58,458 bases of DNA, from contig JBMTEY010000001.1 in the NCBI GenBank assembly GCA_049433545.1, forward strand, positions 1 through 58,458, in the 5' to 3' direction. How positions within the stretch are numbered: position 1 is the stretch's first letter; each line of letters begins with the position of its first letter. Of the stretch, positions 29,654 to 38,247 are shown piece by piece. Below the pieces are notes generated by a model. It did not search any database, was not told where the DNA came from, and saw only the letters and a program-made list of their open reading frames with translations. The position numbers and the translations under genes were made by a program. This stretch comes from Burkholderiales bacterium (GTDB lineage Bacteria; Pseudomonadota; Gammaproteobacteria; Burkholderiales; SG8-41).

Positions 29654-30619
29654 ATGCATGCCACCCTGCCCTTGATGGAAGCCAGTGATTTCCCGGCGAT
29701 CCGCCGCCGGCGCACCGAAACGCTGCAGGTTAACCTCGGTTACAAGTGCAACCAGAGCTGCCTGCACTGCCACGTCAACGCCGGTCCCACCCGCACTGAA
29801 CTGATGTCGCAGGAAACCATCCTCGACGTGATCGCCTATCTGCAGTCCGCCGGCATCGGCACACTGGATGTCACCGGAGGCGCGCCGGAGCTGAACCCCC
29901 ATTTCCGCTCTCTGGTCGAAACCGCGCGCAAGCTCGGCATACGCGTCATCGACCGCTGCAACCTGACCATCCTGTTTGAACCCGGACAGGAAACACTCGC
30001 GCAATTCCTTGCCGGTCAACAGGTTGAAATCACCGCCTCGCTGCCGTGTTATTCCGCAGACAATGTCGACCGCCAGCGCGGCAAGGGCGTATTCGACGCC
30101 AGCATCCGTGCGCTGCAACTGCTGAACGGACTCGGTTACGGCCGGCCCGGTTCCGCGCTGAAACTGAACCTGGTCTACAACCCGCAGGGTCCGGTGCTGC
30201 CCCCCGCCCAGCCGCAGCTCGAGCTCGATTACAAAAAACGACTGGCCGACGACCATGGCATCGTGTTCAATGAACTGTATGTCATCACCAACATGCCGAT
30301 CCAGCGCTTCGGCAGCACGCTGGTCTCCAGGGGACAGTTCAATCAGTACATGAGCCTGCTGAAAAACGCCTACCAGCCGGCCAACCTGGAATCGGTGATG
30401 TGCCGCACGCAACTCTCGGTCGACTGGCAGGGATTTGTCTACGACTGCGATTTCAACCAGATGCTCGATCTGCCGCTGGCGTGGAAACATCGGCCACGCA
30501 CCCACCTGCGCGAGTTGATAGGGGCCGATCCCGCGGGTAACCCCATCGTGGTCAGGGACCACTGTTACGGCTGCACCGCCGGCCAGGGTTCCAGCTGCGG
30601 CGGCGCACTGGTCGACTGA
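29654..30619 (+). CDS. arsS: Radical SAM / Cys-rich C-terminal domain protein (ArsS / TIGR04167-like; Cys rather than Sec in the C-terminal motif)
   Basis: LQVNLGYKCNQSCLHCHVNAG (CxxxCxxC radical SAM cluster). The C-terminal Cys-rich tail reads VVRDHCYGCTAGQGSSCGGALVD. Confidence 0.8.
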   Translation: MHATLPLMEASDFPAIRRRRTETLQVNLGYKCNQSCLHCHVNAGPTRTELMSQETILDVIAYLQSAGIGTLDVTGGAPELNPHFRSLVETARKLGIRVIDRCNLTILFEPGQETLAQFLAGQQVEITASLPCYSADNVDRQRGKGVFDASIRALQLLNGLGYGRPGSALKLNLVYNPQGPVLPPAQPQLELDYKKRLADDHGIVFNELYVITNMPIQRFGSTLVSRGQFNQYMSLLKNAYQPANLESVMCRTQLSVDWQGFVYDCDFNQMLDLPLAWKHRPRTHLRELIGADPAGNPIVVRDHCYGCTAGQGSSCGGALVD

Positions 30620-30640
30620 CAGCCATCCCCGTCCTGAGGC

Positions 30641-32032
30641 ATGACGATGATAGAACCGATTTTCGCGGTGTATTTCTGGGGTTTCCTGATCCTCTACGGC
30701 GGCGTGATGTACGCCATCTCGCCGCAGTCCCGCACCAGCGCCAGCTTCTTCACCGGCAGCGACGATGCCGGCCGCCCGGCGACCGAATGGGCCCTGATCT
30801 GCAGCATCTTCATCAGCTGGATATTCGCCAAATCGGTGACCAATGCAGCCAACCTCGGTGCCGCCTACGGCATCGTCGGCGGGCTGGCCTATGCCATGTA
30901 CTGGCTGTCGATACCGGTCGCCGGCATCGTCATCTACCGTTTGCGCACGCGCCATGGCGCAACCGGCCTGGTATCGTTCCTGATCGGCCGCTACGGGCGG
31001 CTGGCGGCGCTGGCGTTCACGCTCGCCATCCTGATCCGGCTCTACAACGAAGTGTGGAGCAACACCGCGGTCGTCGGCGCCTATTACGGAAAGGCCGGAG
31101 AGTGGACCTTCATCGCCTCGGCGCTGCTGTTTACTGCGGCCACTCTTTTCTACAGCATGAAGGGCGGACTGCGCAGTTCGATAGTCACCGACGTGATCCA
31201 GGCCGTGCTGTTCGTCATCGTGCTCGGCGTGGTGCTGTTCCTGGTCTTGCCCAAGCACGGACTGGGCACGCTGCTGTCGGTGGGTGATTTCCGGCTCAAC
31301 GCCGGCGTCGACCTGCTGCTGGTGGCGCTGCTGCAGGTGGTGTCATACCCGTTCCACGACCCGGTGCTCACCGACCGCGGCTTCATCACCCGCGAAAAAA
31401 CCATGCTGCGCGCGATGATCGTCGCCGGCGTGCTCGGCTTCATCTGCATTTTCGCCTTCAGCCTGGTCGGCGTGCACGCCAAACTCGAAGGTCTGCCGAC
31501 CGGCGACAACATGCCCGGCGCGGTGGCGCTGGCCTTCGGCACCCTGCCCTACCTGATGATGACCGTGGTGATGATCATGGCGGCGGGCTCGACGCTGGAC
31601 TCGACGTTTTCGTCGGTCGCCAAGTCCATCGGCCAGGAACTGCCGATGCTCGCCGGGCGGCTGCCGGGACCGCGTGCGATGGTCATCGGCATGTGGACCA
31701 TGCTGGCGTTCGCGATACTCGGCAACCTGCCGATGATCGCCGGCACCGACATCCTCAAGGCCACCACGGTCAGCGGCACCATGGTGATGGGCCTGGCGCC
31801 GGTGTTCCTGCTGGCGCCGCTGGTTAAACATTCGCCATGGAGTTTCCATCTCGCATTTTGGCCTGGCGTGATCCTCGGTGTCCTGCTCGCAGGCGGCGGC
31901 ATTCCGCAGGCCTGGGCCATCGGTGACGGCAAATATGCGCTGCTGCTCGGCACCAACCTCTACGGTCTGCTGATCTGCATTGCCGGCTTCCTCGCGCCGG
32001 TGATATGGCAGCGGCTGCGCGCGGCACGCTGA
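30641..32032 (+). CDS. Sodium:solute symporter (SSS) family transporter, substrate unknown
   Basis: 463-aa polytopic protein. SMKGGLRSSIVTDVIQAVLF resembles the SSS signature. It begins 21 nt after arsS. Confidence 0.7.
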   Translation: MTMIEPIFAVYFWGFLILYGGVMYAISPQSRTSASFFTGSDDAGRPATEWALICSIFISWIFAKSVTNAANLGAAYGIVGGLAYAMYWLSIPVAGIVIYRLRTRHGATGLVSFLIGRYGRLAALAFTLAILIRLYNEVWSNTAVVGAYYGKAGEWTFIASALLFTAATLFYSMKGGLRSSIVTDVIQAVLFVIVLGVVLFLVLPKHGLGTLLSVGDFRLNAGVDLLLVALLQVVSYPFHDPVLTDRGFITREKTMLRAMIVAGVLGFICIFAFSLVGVHAKLEGLPTGDNMPGAVALAFGTLPYLMMTVVMIMAAGSTLDSTFSSVAKSIGQELPMLAGRLPGPRAMVIGMWTMLAFAILGNLPMIAGTDILKATTVSGTMVMGLAPVFLLAPLVKHSPWSFHLAFWPGVILGVLLAGGGIPQAWAIGDGKYALLLGTNLYGLLICIAGFLAPVIWQRLRAAR

Positions 32033-32036
32033 CCGC

Positions 32037-33029
32037 ATGCAACCCGGACGCAGCTGCCCCCTGCACTACCGCTATGCGCCGCAATCGCTGCGCCGGCCGC
32101 CGGAAATCCTGGCCGACACGCTGTATGTGATCGGCGGACTCTACGGCAACCTTCCCGCGTTGCAGGCCGTATCTGCGCTGGCCGCGGCCGAGCCGGAGCC
32201 GGTGGCGCTGGTGTTCAACGGCGACTTCAACTGGTTCAACATCGACGGCGGCGGATTTTCGGCGATCAATGAAACCGTGCTGCAACACCACGCGCTGCGC
32301 GGCAACGTTGAAACCGAACTCGCCGGGGATGACGATGAGGCGGGCTGCGGCTGCGCCTATCCGGACAGCGTCGGCGACGAGGAAGTCGCCCGCTCCAATG
32401 CCATGCTCGCGCAGTTGCGCGCCACCGCGCGCAGGTTTCCGGACCTGCGCTCCCAGCTCGCCGCGCTGCCGATGAACCGGGTCGCCGAAGTCGGCGGCCT
32501 GCGCATTGCCATCGTACACGGCGACTGTGAATCGCTGGCCGGCTGGTCGTACGACGAATCGGCTTTCCGCGGCACCACCGGCAGCACGCGCCTCGCCGCA
32601 CATTTCGCCGCCAGCGGCGCGCGCATCATCGCCAGCAGCCACACCTGCCTGCCGGTGGCGCTGCGCCAGCGCAGGCCACAGGGCGACTGCGCGCTGTTCA
32701 ACAACGGCGCGGCCGGCATGCCCAATTTCGCCGGCACCCAATTCGGGGTGATCACGCGGATAGCAACCACCCCCGCGCGCCCATCGGCCGCGCTCTACGG
32801 CACAGTCATCCATGGCGTGCACATTGATGCGCTGGCCGTGCACTACGATTCCGCACAATGGCAACAGGACTTCGCAGCCAACTGGCCGGCCGGCAGCGCC
32901 GGATACCTGTCCTATCACCGGCGCATCACCCAGGGCCCGCGCCACGGCATCAACAAGGCCCTGCACAAGGGCATCCACCTCAATCCTGAACTGCTGCGCG
33001 GACTGCGCGCCAGCGAGGCGATTCAATGA
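32037..33029 (+). CDS. Hypothetical protein with degenerate metallophosphoesterase-like motifs
   Basis: LYVIGGLYGN, VFNGDFNWFN, LRGNVE, IVHGD and SSHTC loosely follow calcineurin-like phosphoesterase motif order, but the first motif lacks the canonical Asp/His. It begins 4 nt after the transporter gene. Confidence 0.5.
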   Translation: MQPGRSCPLHYRYAPQSLRRPPEILADTLYVIGGLYGNLPALQAVSALAAAEPEPVALVFNGDFNWFNIDGGGFSAINETVLQHHALRGNVETELAGDDDEAGCGCAYPDSVGDEEVARSNAMLAQLRATARRFPDLRSQLAALPMNRVAEVGGLRIAIVHGDCESLAGWSYDESAFRGTTGSTRLAAHFAASGARIIASSHTCLPVALRQRRPQGDCALFNNGAAGMPNFAGTQFGVITRIATTPARPSAALYGTVIHGVHIDALAVHYDSAQWQQDFAANWPAGSAGYLSYHRRITQGPRHGINKALHKGIHLNPELLRGLRASEAIQ

Positions 33030-35158
33030 AAAAAAGCAAACTGCTGGTATTCGCACTGATCGCCGCGGGCATCGTCGCGTTTTTTGCATTCGACCTGAAG
33101 CAGTACTTCACCCTGGATTATTTCCAGGCACAGCGCGCGGCGATCGATGCCGAAGTCCAGTCCCGGCCGTTGCGCTCGGCCCTGCTGTTTTTTGCCGCCT
33201 ATGTCGCGGTCACCGGGCTGTCGCTGCCGGGTGCCGCCATCATGACGCTGGTGGCGGGCGCGGTGTTCGGCCTGCTGTGGGGCACGATCATCGTGTCATT
33301 CGCCTCGACTTTGGGTGCCACGCTGGCCTTCCTCGCCTCTAGATTCCTGCTGCGCGACTGGGTGCAGGACAAATTCGGCGACAAGCTGCGGCCGATCAAC
33401 GACGGCATCGCGCGCGAAGGCGGTTTTTACCTGTTTGCGCTGCGCCTGGTGCCGGCCTTTCCGTTTTTCGTGATCAACCTGGTGATGGGCCTGACGTCCA
33501 TCCGCACCTGGACCTACTACTGGGTCAGCCAGCTCGGCATGTTTGCCGGCACCGTGGTATACGTCTACGCCGGCACCCAGCTCGGGGAATTCCGCATTTC
33601 GGCGGGACTGATCGGCGCCTTCGTGCTGCTGGGCCTGTTCCCGCTCGCCGCGAAAAAAACCCTGGACGCGCTGAAGGCGCGCAAGGTCTACGCCGGCTGG
33701 AACCGGCCCGCGCGTTTCGACCGTAACCTCGTCGTCATCGGCGCCGGCTCGGCAGGGCTGGTCTCCGCCTACATCGCTGCGGCGGTGAAAGCGAAAGTGA
33801 CGCTGGTCGAGAAACACAGGATGGGCGGCGACTGCCTGAACACCGGCTGCGTGCCGTCCAAGGCGCTGATCAAGTCGGCGAAACTGCTGGCGACCATGAA
33901 ACACGCCAGCAACTACGGCCTGAAGGACACGCAGGTGGATTTCGACTTTGCCGAGGTCATGGAACGCGTGCAACGCGTGGTCCGTAAAGTCGAGCCCCAT
34001 GATTCCGTCGAACGCTACACCGCGCTGGGCGTCGAATGCATCAGCGGCGAGGCAAAGATCACTTCGCCGTGGAGCGTCGAAGTGAAAACCCCCGCGGGCG
34101 CGCAGACGCTGACCACGCGCGGCATTGTCATTGCCGCCGGCGCGCGCCCCTTCGTGCCGCCGATACCCGGGATCAACGATGTCGGCTGCCTGACCTCTGA
34201 CACGGTGTGGGAACTGCGCACACTGCCGAAACGCCTGGTGGTGCTCGGCGGCGGCCCGATCGGCTGCGAACTGACGCAGTGTTTCGCCCGTCTAGGCTCA
34301 CAGGTCATCCAGGTCGAGATGCTTCCGCGGATCATGATCCGCGAGGATCCGGAAATTTCCGACATGGTGCTGCAGAAATTCCGTGCCGAAGGCGTCAGCG
34401 TGCTGGTGAACCACAAGGCGCAGCGCTTCGCGGTCGAAAACGGTGAAAAAGTCCTGTACTGCGAAAACGAAGGCCGCGAAGTGCGCATCACCTTCGACGC
34501 ACTGCTGTGCGCGGTCGGCCGCGTCGCCAACACCTCAGGCTACGGCCTCGAGGAACTCGGTATCCCGGTGACGAAATCGCGCACCGTCGAAGTCAACGAA
34601 TTCCTGCAGACCAGATACCCGAACATCCTCGTTTGCGGCGATGTCGCCGGACCGTACCAGTTCACCCACACCGCGGCGCACACCGCCTGGTATGCCGCGG
34701 TCAACGGCCTGTTCGGCGGGTTCAAAAAATTCCGTGTTGATTACTCGGTGATCCCCTGGGCCACGTTTACCGACCCCGAAGTCGCGCGCGTCGGCCTCAA
34801 TGAAACCGAGGCCAGGGAAAAAAACATTTCCTGCGAAGTCACCACCTACGGCATCGACGACCTCGACCGCGCCATCGCTGACGGTACTGCGCACGGCATG
34901 GTCAAGGTATTGACCGTGCCCGGCAAGGACAAGATCCTGGGCGCCACCATCGCAGGCGAGCATGCCGGCGACCTGATCACCGAATTCGTCACCGCAATGA
35001 AACACGGCATCGGACTCAACAAGATCCTCGGTACCATCCACATCTACCCGACGCTCGCCGAAGCCAACAAGTACGTGGCAGGGAACTGGAAGCGCGCACA
35101 CGCGCCCCAAGCATTGCTGGAATGGGTGGAGAAGTTTCATGCGTGGCGGCGAGGATAA
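33026..35158 (+). CDS. Fusion protein: TVP38/TMEM64 (DedA-like) membrane domain plus FAD-dependent pyridine nucleotide-disulfide oxidoreductase (mercuric/glutathione reductase-like)
   Basis: The N-terminal ~220 aa are multi-TM (VSFASTLGATLAFLASRFLLRDWV...LRLVPAFPFFVINLVMG). These are followed by LVVIGAGSAGLVSAY, the redox-active GGDCLNTGCVPSK, a second Rossmann motif VVLGGGPIGCE, and a dimerisation domain. ATGA overlap with the upstream gene. Confidence 0.85.
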   Translation: MKKSKLLVFALIAAGIVAFFAFDLKQYFTLDYFQAQRAAIDAEVQSRPLRSALLFFAAYVAVTGLSLPGAAIMTLVAGAVFGLLWGTIIVSFASTLGATLAFLASRFLLRDWVQDKFGDKLRPINDGIAREGGFYLFALRLVPAFPFFVINLVMGLTSIRTWTYYWVSQLGMFAGTVVYVYAGTQLGEFRISAGLIGAFVLLGLFPLAAKKTLDALKARKVYAGWNRPARFDRNLVVIGAGSAGLVSAYIAAAVKAKVTLVEKHRMGGDCLNTGCVPSKALIKSAKLLATMKHASNYGLKDTQVDFDFAEVMERVQRVVRKVEPHDSVERYTALGVECISGEAKITSPWSVEVKTPAGAQTLTTRGIVIAAGARPFVPPIPGINDVGCLTSDTVWELRTLPKRLVVLGGGPIGCELTQCFARLGSQVIQVEMLPRIMIREDPEISDMVLQKFRAEGVSVLVNHKAQRFAVENGEKVLYCENEGREVRITFDALLCAVGRVANTSGYGLEELGIPVTKSRTVEVNEFLQTRYPNILVCGDVAGPYQFTHTAAHTAWYAAVNGLFGGFKKFRVDYSVIPWATFTDPEVARVGLNETEAREKNISCEVTTYGIDDLDRAIADGTAHGMVKVLTVPGKDKILGATIAGEHAGDLITEFVTAMKHGIGLNKILGTIHIYPTLAEANKYVAGNWKRAHAPQALLEWVEKFHAWRRG

Positions 35159-35205
35159 TACATAACCCGTTGTTTTTATTGATATTTATTAAAAAATTGC
35201 TGTTC

Positions 35206-36018
35206 ATGCTGTTGCTGGCCGTCGCCCCTTTCCCGGCATCCGCGCAAGCTTTCGATCACGATCACAAAGCCTGGGACGCGCTGCTGAAAAAACATGTCGT
35301 GCTGATCGACGGCGGCAAGGCATCGCAGGTGCGCTATGCCGGCTTTGCGCAGGAGCCCGCCGCGCTGAAAACTTACCTTGGCACCTTGTCAAAAGTCAGT
35401 GCGCAGGAATTCTCCGGCTGGAGCAAACCGCAGCAGATGGCCTTCCTTATCAACGCCTACAACGCGTACACCGTCGAGAAAATCCTCACTCGCCATCCCG
35501 ACATCCGCTCGATCTGGGATTTCGGGAAAATTTTCGGCAATCCGTTCAAGGACAAATTCTTCAAACTGCTCGGCCGCGACTTTTCGCTGGACATGATCGA
35601 GCATGAAACCCTGCGCAAGCCCGGCGCCTACAACGAGCCACGCGTGCACTTCGCGGTGAACTGCGCCTCGGTGGGCTGCCCGATGCTGCGTGAGGAAGCC
35701 TACGTCCCCACGCGTCTCGATGCGCAGCTCGAGGAACAGACGCGGCGTTTCCTCTCGGATCGCAGCCGCAACCGCTACAACCCGCAGAGCAACACGCTGG
35801 AAGTTTCCGAAATCTTCAAATGGTTCAGCGAGGACTGGACCAGCGGCTATCGCGGCTTTGAAGGAAAAAATCCGGCGATCCAGTCGCGCGAGCAATTCTT
35901 CGCGGCGTACGCAACGCTGCTTGCCGACAGCCCCACCCAGCAGCAGGCCATCGCCGACCGCAAGGCCGGCATCTCGCATCTGGATTATGATTGGGCATTG
36001 AACGTCGCAAAGAAATAA
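35206..36018 (+). CDS. DUF547-domain protein, probably exported
   Basis: AFLINAYNAYTVEKIL...VHFAVNCASVGCPML...EVSEIFKWF is the DUF547 pattern. The N-terminus MLLLAVAPFPASAQA is signal-like. The true start may be an upstream TTG near 35178. Confidence 0.78.
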   Translation: MLLLAVAPFPASAQAFDHDHKAWDALLKKHVVLIDGGKASQVRYAGFAQEPAALKTYLGTLSKVSAQEFSGWSKPQQMAFLINAYNAYTVEKILTRHPDIRSIWDFGKIFGNPFKDKFFKLLGRDFSLDMIEHETLRKPGAYNEPRVHFAVNCASVGCPMLREEAYVPTRLDAQLEEQTRRFLSDRSRNRYNPQSNTLEVSEIFKWFSEDWTSGYRGFEGKNPAIQSREQFFAAYATLLADSPTQQQAIADRKAGISHLDYDWALNVAKK

Positions 36019-36036
36019 TCCCTCTCCGGCTCTCCC

Positions 36037-36723
36037 GTGTCGCTGTCCATCATCATTCCGGCACTCAATGAAGCCGGCAACATTCCGGAACTGCTTGAAC
36101 GCCTGCAGCCGCTGCGGCGGCGCGGCGTGGAAGTCGTCGTCGTCGACGGCGGCAGCACGGATGCCACTGCAACACTCGCCGAAGCCGGTGCTGACAAGGT
36201 CCTGATCACGGCCCCCGGCCGCGCGCGCCAGATGAACGTCGGCGCCGCTGCAGCCGGCGGTGAAATCCTCTGCTTCCTGCACGCCGACTCGCAACTGCCG
36301 GATAACGCCGACGGCCTGATCATCGACGGCCTCAGCCGCGGCCGGCGCAGCTGGGGACGCTTCGACGTGCGCATCGCCGGCAACCACGCAATGCTCGACG
36401 TCATCGCGTGGATGATGAACTGGCGTTCGCGGCTGACCGGCATCGCCACCGGCGACCAGGGTCTGTTCGTCACACGATCACTGTTCGAGGCCGCCGGGAG
36501 ATTCCCGGAAATCGCGCTGATGGAAGACATCGCGTTATCGCGGCAACTCAAGGTCTACGGTCCGCCGCTGTGCCTGTCGCACCGGCTCACCACTTCCGGC
36601 CGGCGCTGGGAAAAACACGGGCTGTGGCGCACCATGCTGCTGATGTGGCGGCTGCGCCTGGAATTCTGGCTGGGCGCCGACCCGGACAAACTCGCCTTGC
36701 GTTATGCCCGGCACAAACCCTGA
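36037..36723 (+). CDS. Family-2 glycosyltransferase-like protein (TIGR04283-like, rSAM/selenodomain-associated transferase 2)
   Basis: LSIIIPALNEAGNIPELLERL...VVVVDGGSTDAT...FLHADSQLP (GT-A fold with DxD-like motif). GTG start at 36037. Confidence 0.75.
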   Translation: MSLSIIIPALNEAGNIPELLERLQPLRRRGVEVVVVDGGSTDATATLAEAGADKVLITAPGRARQMNVGAAAAGGEILCFLHADSQLPDNADGLIIDGLSRGRRSWGRFDVRIAGNHAMLDVIAWMMNWRSRLTGIATGDQGLFVTRSLFEAAGRFPEIALMEDIALSRQLKVYGPPLCLSHRLTTSGRRWEKHGLWRTMLLMWRLRLEFWLGADPDKLALRYARHKP

Positions 36724-37351
36724 TTTCACGATCCTGGTGTTTGCCAAGGCGCCGCTGGCCGGCCAGGTGAAAACACGGCTGATTCCGCTGCTCGGTGCAG
36801 CCGGCGCGGCCGCTTTGCACCGGCAGCTGCTGGCCCATGCGCTCGGCATCGCGCGCAGCGCCTCTGCGGGTTCTCTCGAATTGTGGTGCACTCCCGACAC
36901 CGCGCATCCCTTTCTGCAAACCGTCGCCCGCACCCGTGACGCAAGCCTGCGCCTGCAGCAGGGCGCGGATCTCGGCGCACGCATGGCCCATGCTTTCGCG
37001 GACGCATTGCGGATGCACGAACGCGCAATCTGCATCGGCGCCGATTGCCCCGCATTGGCCGCACTGCATCTGCGTGATGCCGACGCAGCATTGCGCAACG
37101 GCAATGACGCCGTATTCGTGCCGGCCGAGGACGGCGGTTACGCGCTGGTCGGGCTCGCGCGCCGCGTGCCCGATATTTTCAACGGCATCGACTGGGGTGG
37201 ACCGCAGGTCATGGCGCAGACCCGTGCGCGCATGCGCGCAGCCGGAGTGCGCTGGCATGAACTGGAAACCCTGTGGGACGTCGACCGCCCGGAGGATCTG
37301 CAGCGCCTGCAACAGTCCGGCTGGCACGACCATGCACCTGTCGCGGACTGA
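36704..37351 (+). CDS. DUF2064 / CofC-MobA-like nucleotidyl- or glycosyl-transferase (TIGR04282-like, transferase 1)
   Basis: ILVFAKAPLAGQVKTRLIPLLG...IGADCPAL...VFVPAEDGGYALVGL...IDWGGPQV. 20-nt overlap with the upstream gene. Confidence 0.75.
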   Translation: MPGTNPDFTILVFAKAPLAGQVKTRLIPLLGAAGAAALHRQLLAHALGIARSASAGSLELWCTPDTAHPFLQTVARTRDASLRLQQGADLGARMAHAFADALRMHERAICIGADCPALAALHLRDADAALRNGNDAVFVPAEDGGYALVGLARRVPDIFNGIDWGGPQVMAQTRARMRAAGVRWHELETLWDVDRPEDLQRLQQSGWHDHAPVAD

Positions 37352-38069
37352 ACGGCTGGCGGTTCTGGCAGTGCTGCTTGCTGCCGGTACCGCCTTTGCC
37401 GTCGGCGACCGCATCAGCGCCGGGGCGTTTTCGGCGGTGCCGCCAGGTAACGCGTTGCCGGCCGGTTGGACCATCAAGGACTCGCCGAACATCAAGGTAC
37501 ATACCCGCTACTCGCTGGTCGACGACAACGGCTCCACCGTGCTGCGCGCCGATTCCGCGGCAGGCGCGGCGGGCATCGGCCGCGAACTGAAGGTAAATCC
37601 GGCGGAATTTCCGCTGCTGCGCTGGCGCTGGAAAGTCGCCAACCTGATCGAGCAGGCCGACCTGCGCACCAAGGAAGGCGACGATTTCCCAGCACGCATT
37701 TACGTCACCTTCGACTATCCGCTGGAAAAACTGCCTTTCTTCGAGCGCAGCAAGCTGCGGCTTGCGCGCACTTTCTTTGATCCGCAATTGCCGGCGGCAA
37801 CGCTGTGCTACGTGTGGGACGGCAAGGTGCCGGCGGAAACCATCGCGCCCAGCGCCTATACCGACCGCGTGCGCCTGATCGTGGCGGAATCCGGCCCGGC
37901 GCGGGTCGGCGAGTGGGTGGCCATGGAACGCAACATCGCGCGTGACTTCCGCGCGGCATTCGGCGAAGCCGCGCCGCCGGTGAACGGCATCATCATCGCC
38001 ACCGACAGCGACAATACTGGCGCCAAAGCAACAGCCTTTTATGGCGACATTTTCTTTTATAAACAATAA
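37332..38069 (+). CDS. DUF3047-domain protein with signal peptide
   Basis: MHLSRTERLAVLAVLLAAGTAFA is a signal peptide. LRWRWKVANLIEQADLRTKEGDDFPARIYVTFD is the DUF3047 pattern. In the ORF track it is hidden inside the long ORF 36795-38069. 20-nt overlap with the upstream gene. Confidence 0.75.
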   Translation: MHLSRTERLAVLAVLLAAGTAFAVGDRISAGAFSAVPPGNALPAGWTIKDSPNIKVHTRYSLVDDNGSTVLRADSAAGAAGIGRELKVNPAEFPLLRWRWKVANLIEQADLRTKEGDDFPARIYVTFDYPLEKLPFFERSKLRLARTFFDPQLPAATLCYVWDGKVPAETIAPSAYTDRVRLIVAESGPARVGEWVAMERNIARDFRAAFGEAAPPVNGIIIATDSDNTGAKATAFYGDIFFYKQ

Positions 38070-38247
38070 GTTATGAGTTACATGTCCGGTGCATGCCGGA
38101 ACCCGCCAAGAATTTATATTGCCTTTTGATGGGCCCTGGGAAAGAATAGCCCCTCTTTTTTGCCGCGGGTTCAGCGCCTTAATTCATTTAGATTCAAGAC
38201 CTTGAAGCATCATCGAAAGCTGACCAACCACTCGCCCTGCCCGCTGC

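Noticed and set aside
29129-31258. 709-aa ORF on the minus strand, the longest in this part of the ORF track
   Set aside because: It is antisense to the radical SAM and SSS transporter genes. The translation is Arg/Gly/Ala/Gln-rich and low-complexity with no recognisable domain. This is a typical shadow ORF of GC-rich DNA.
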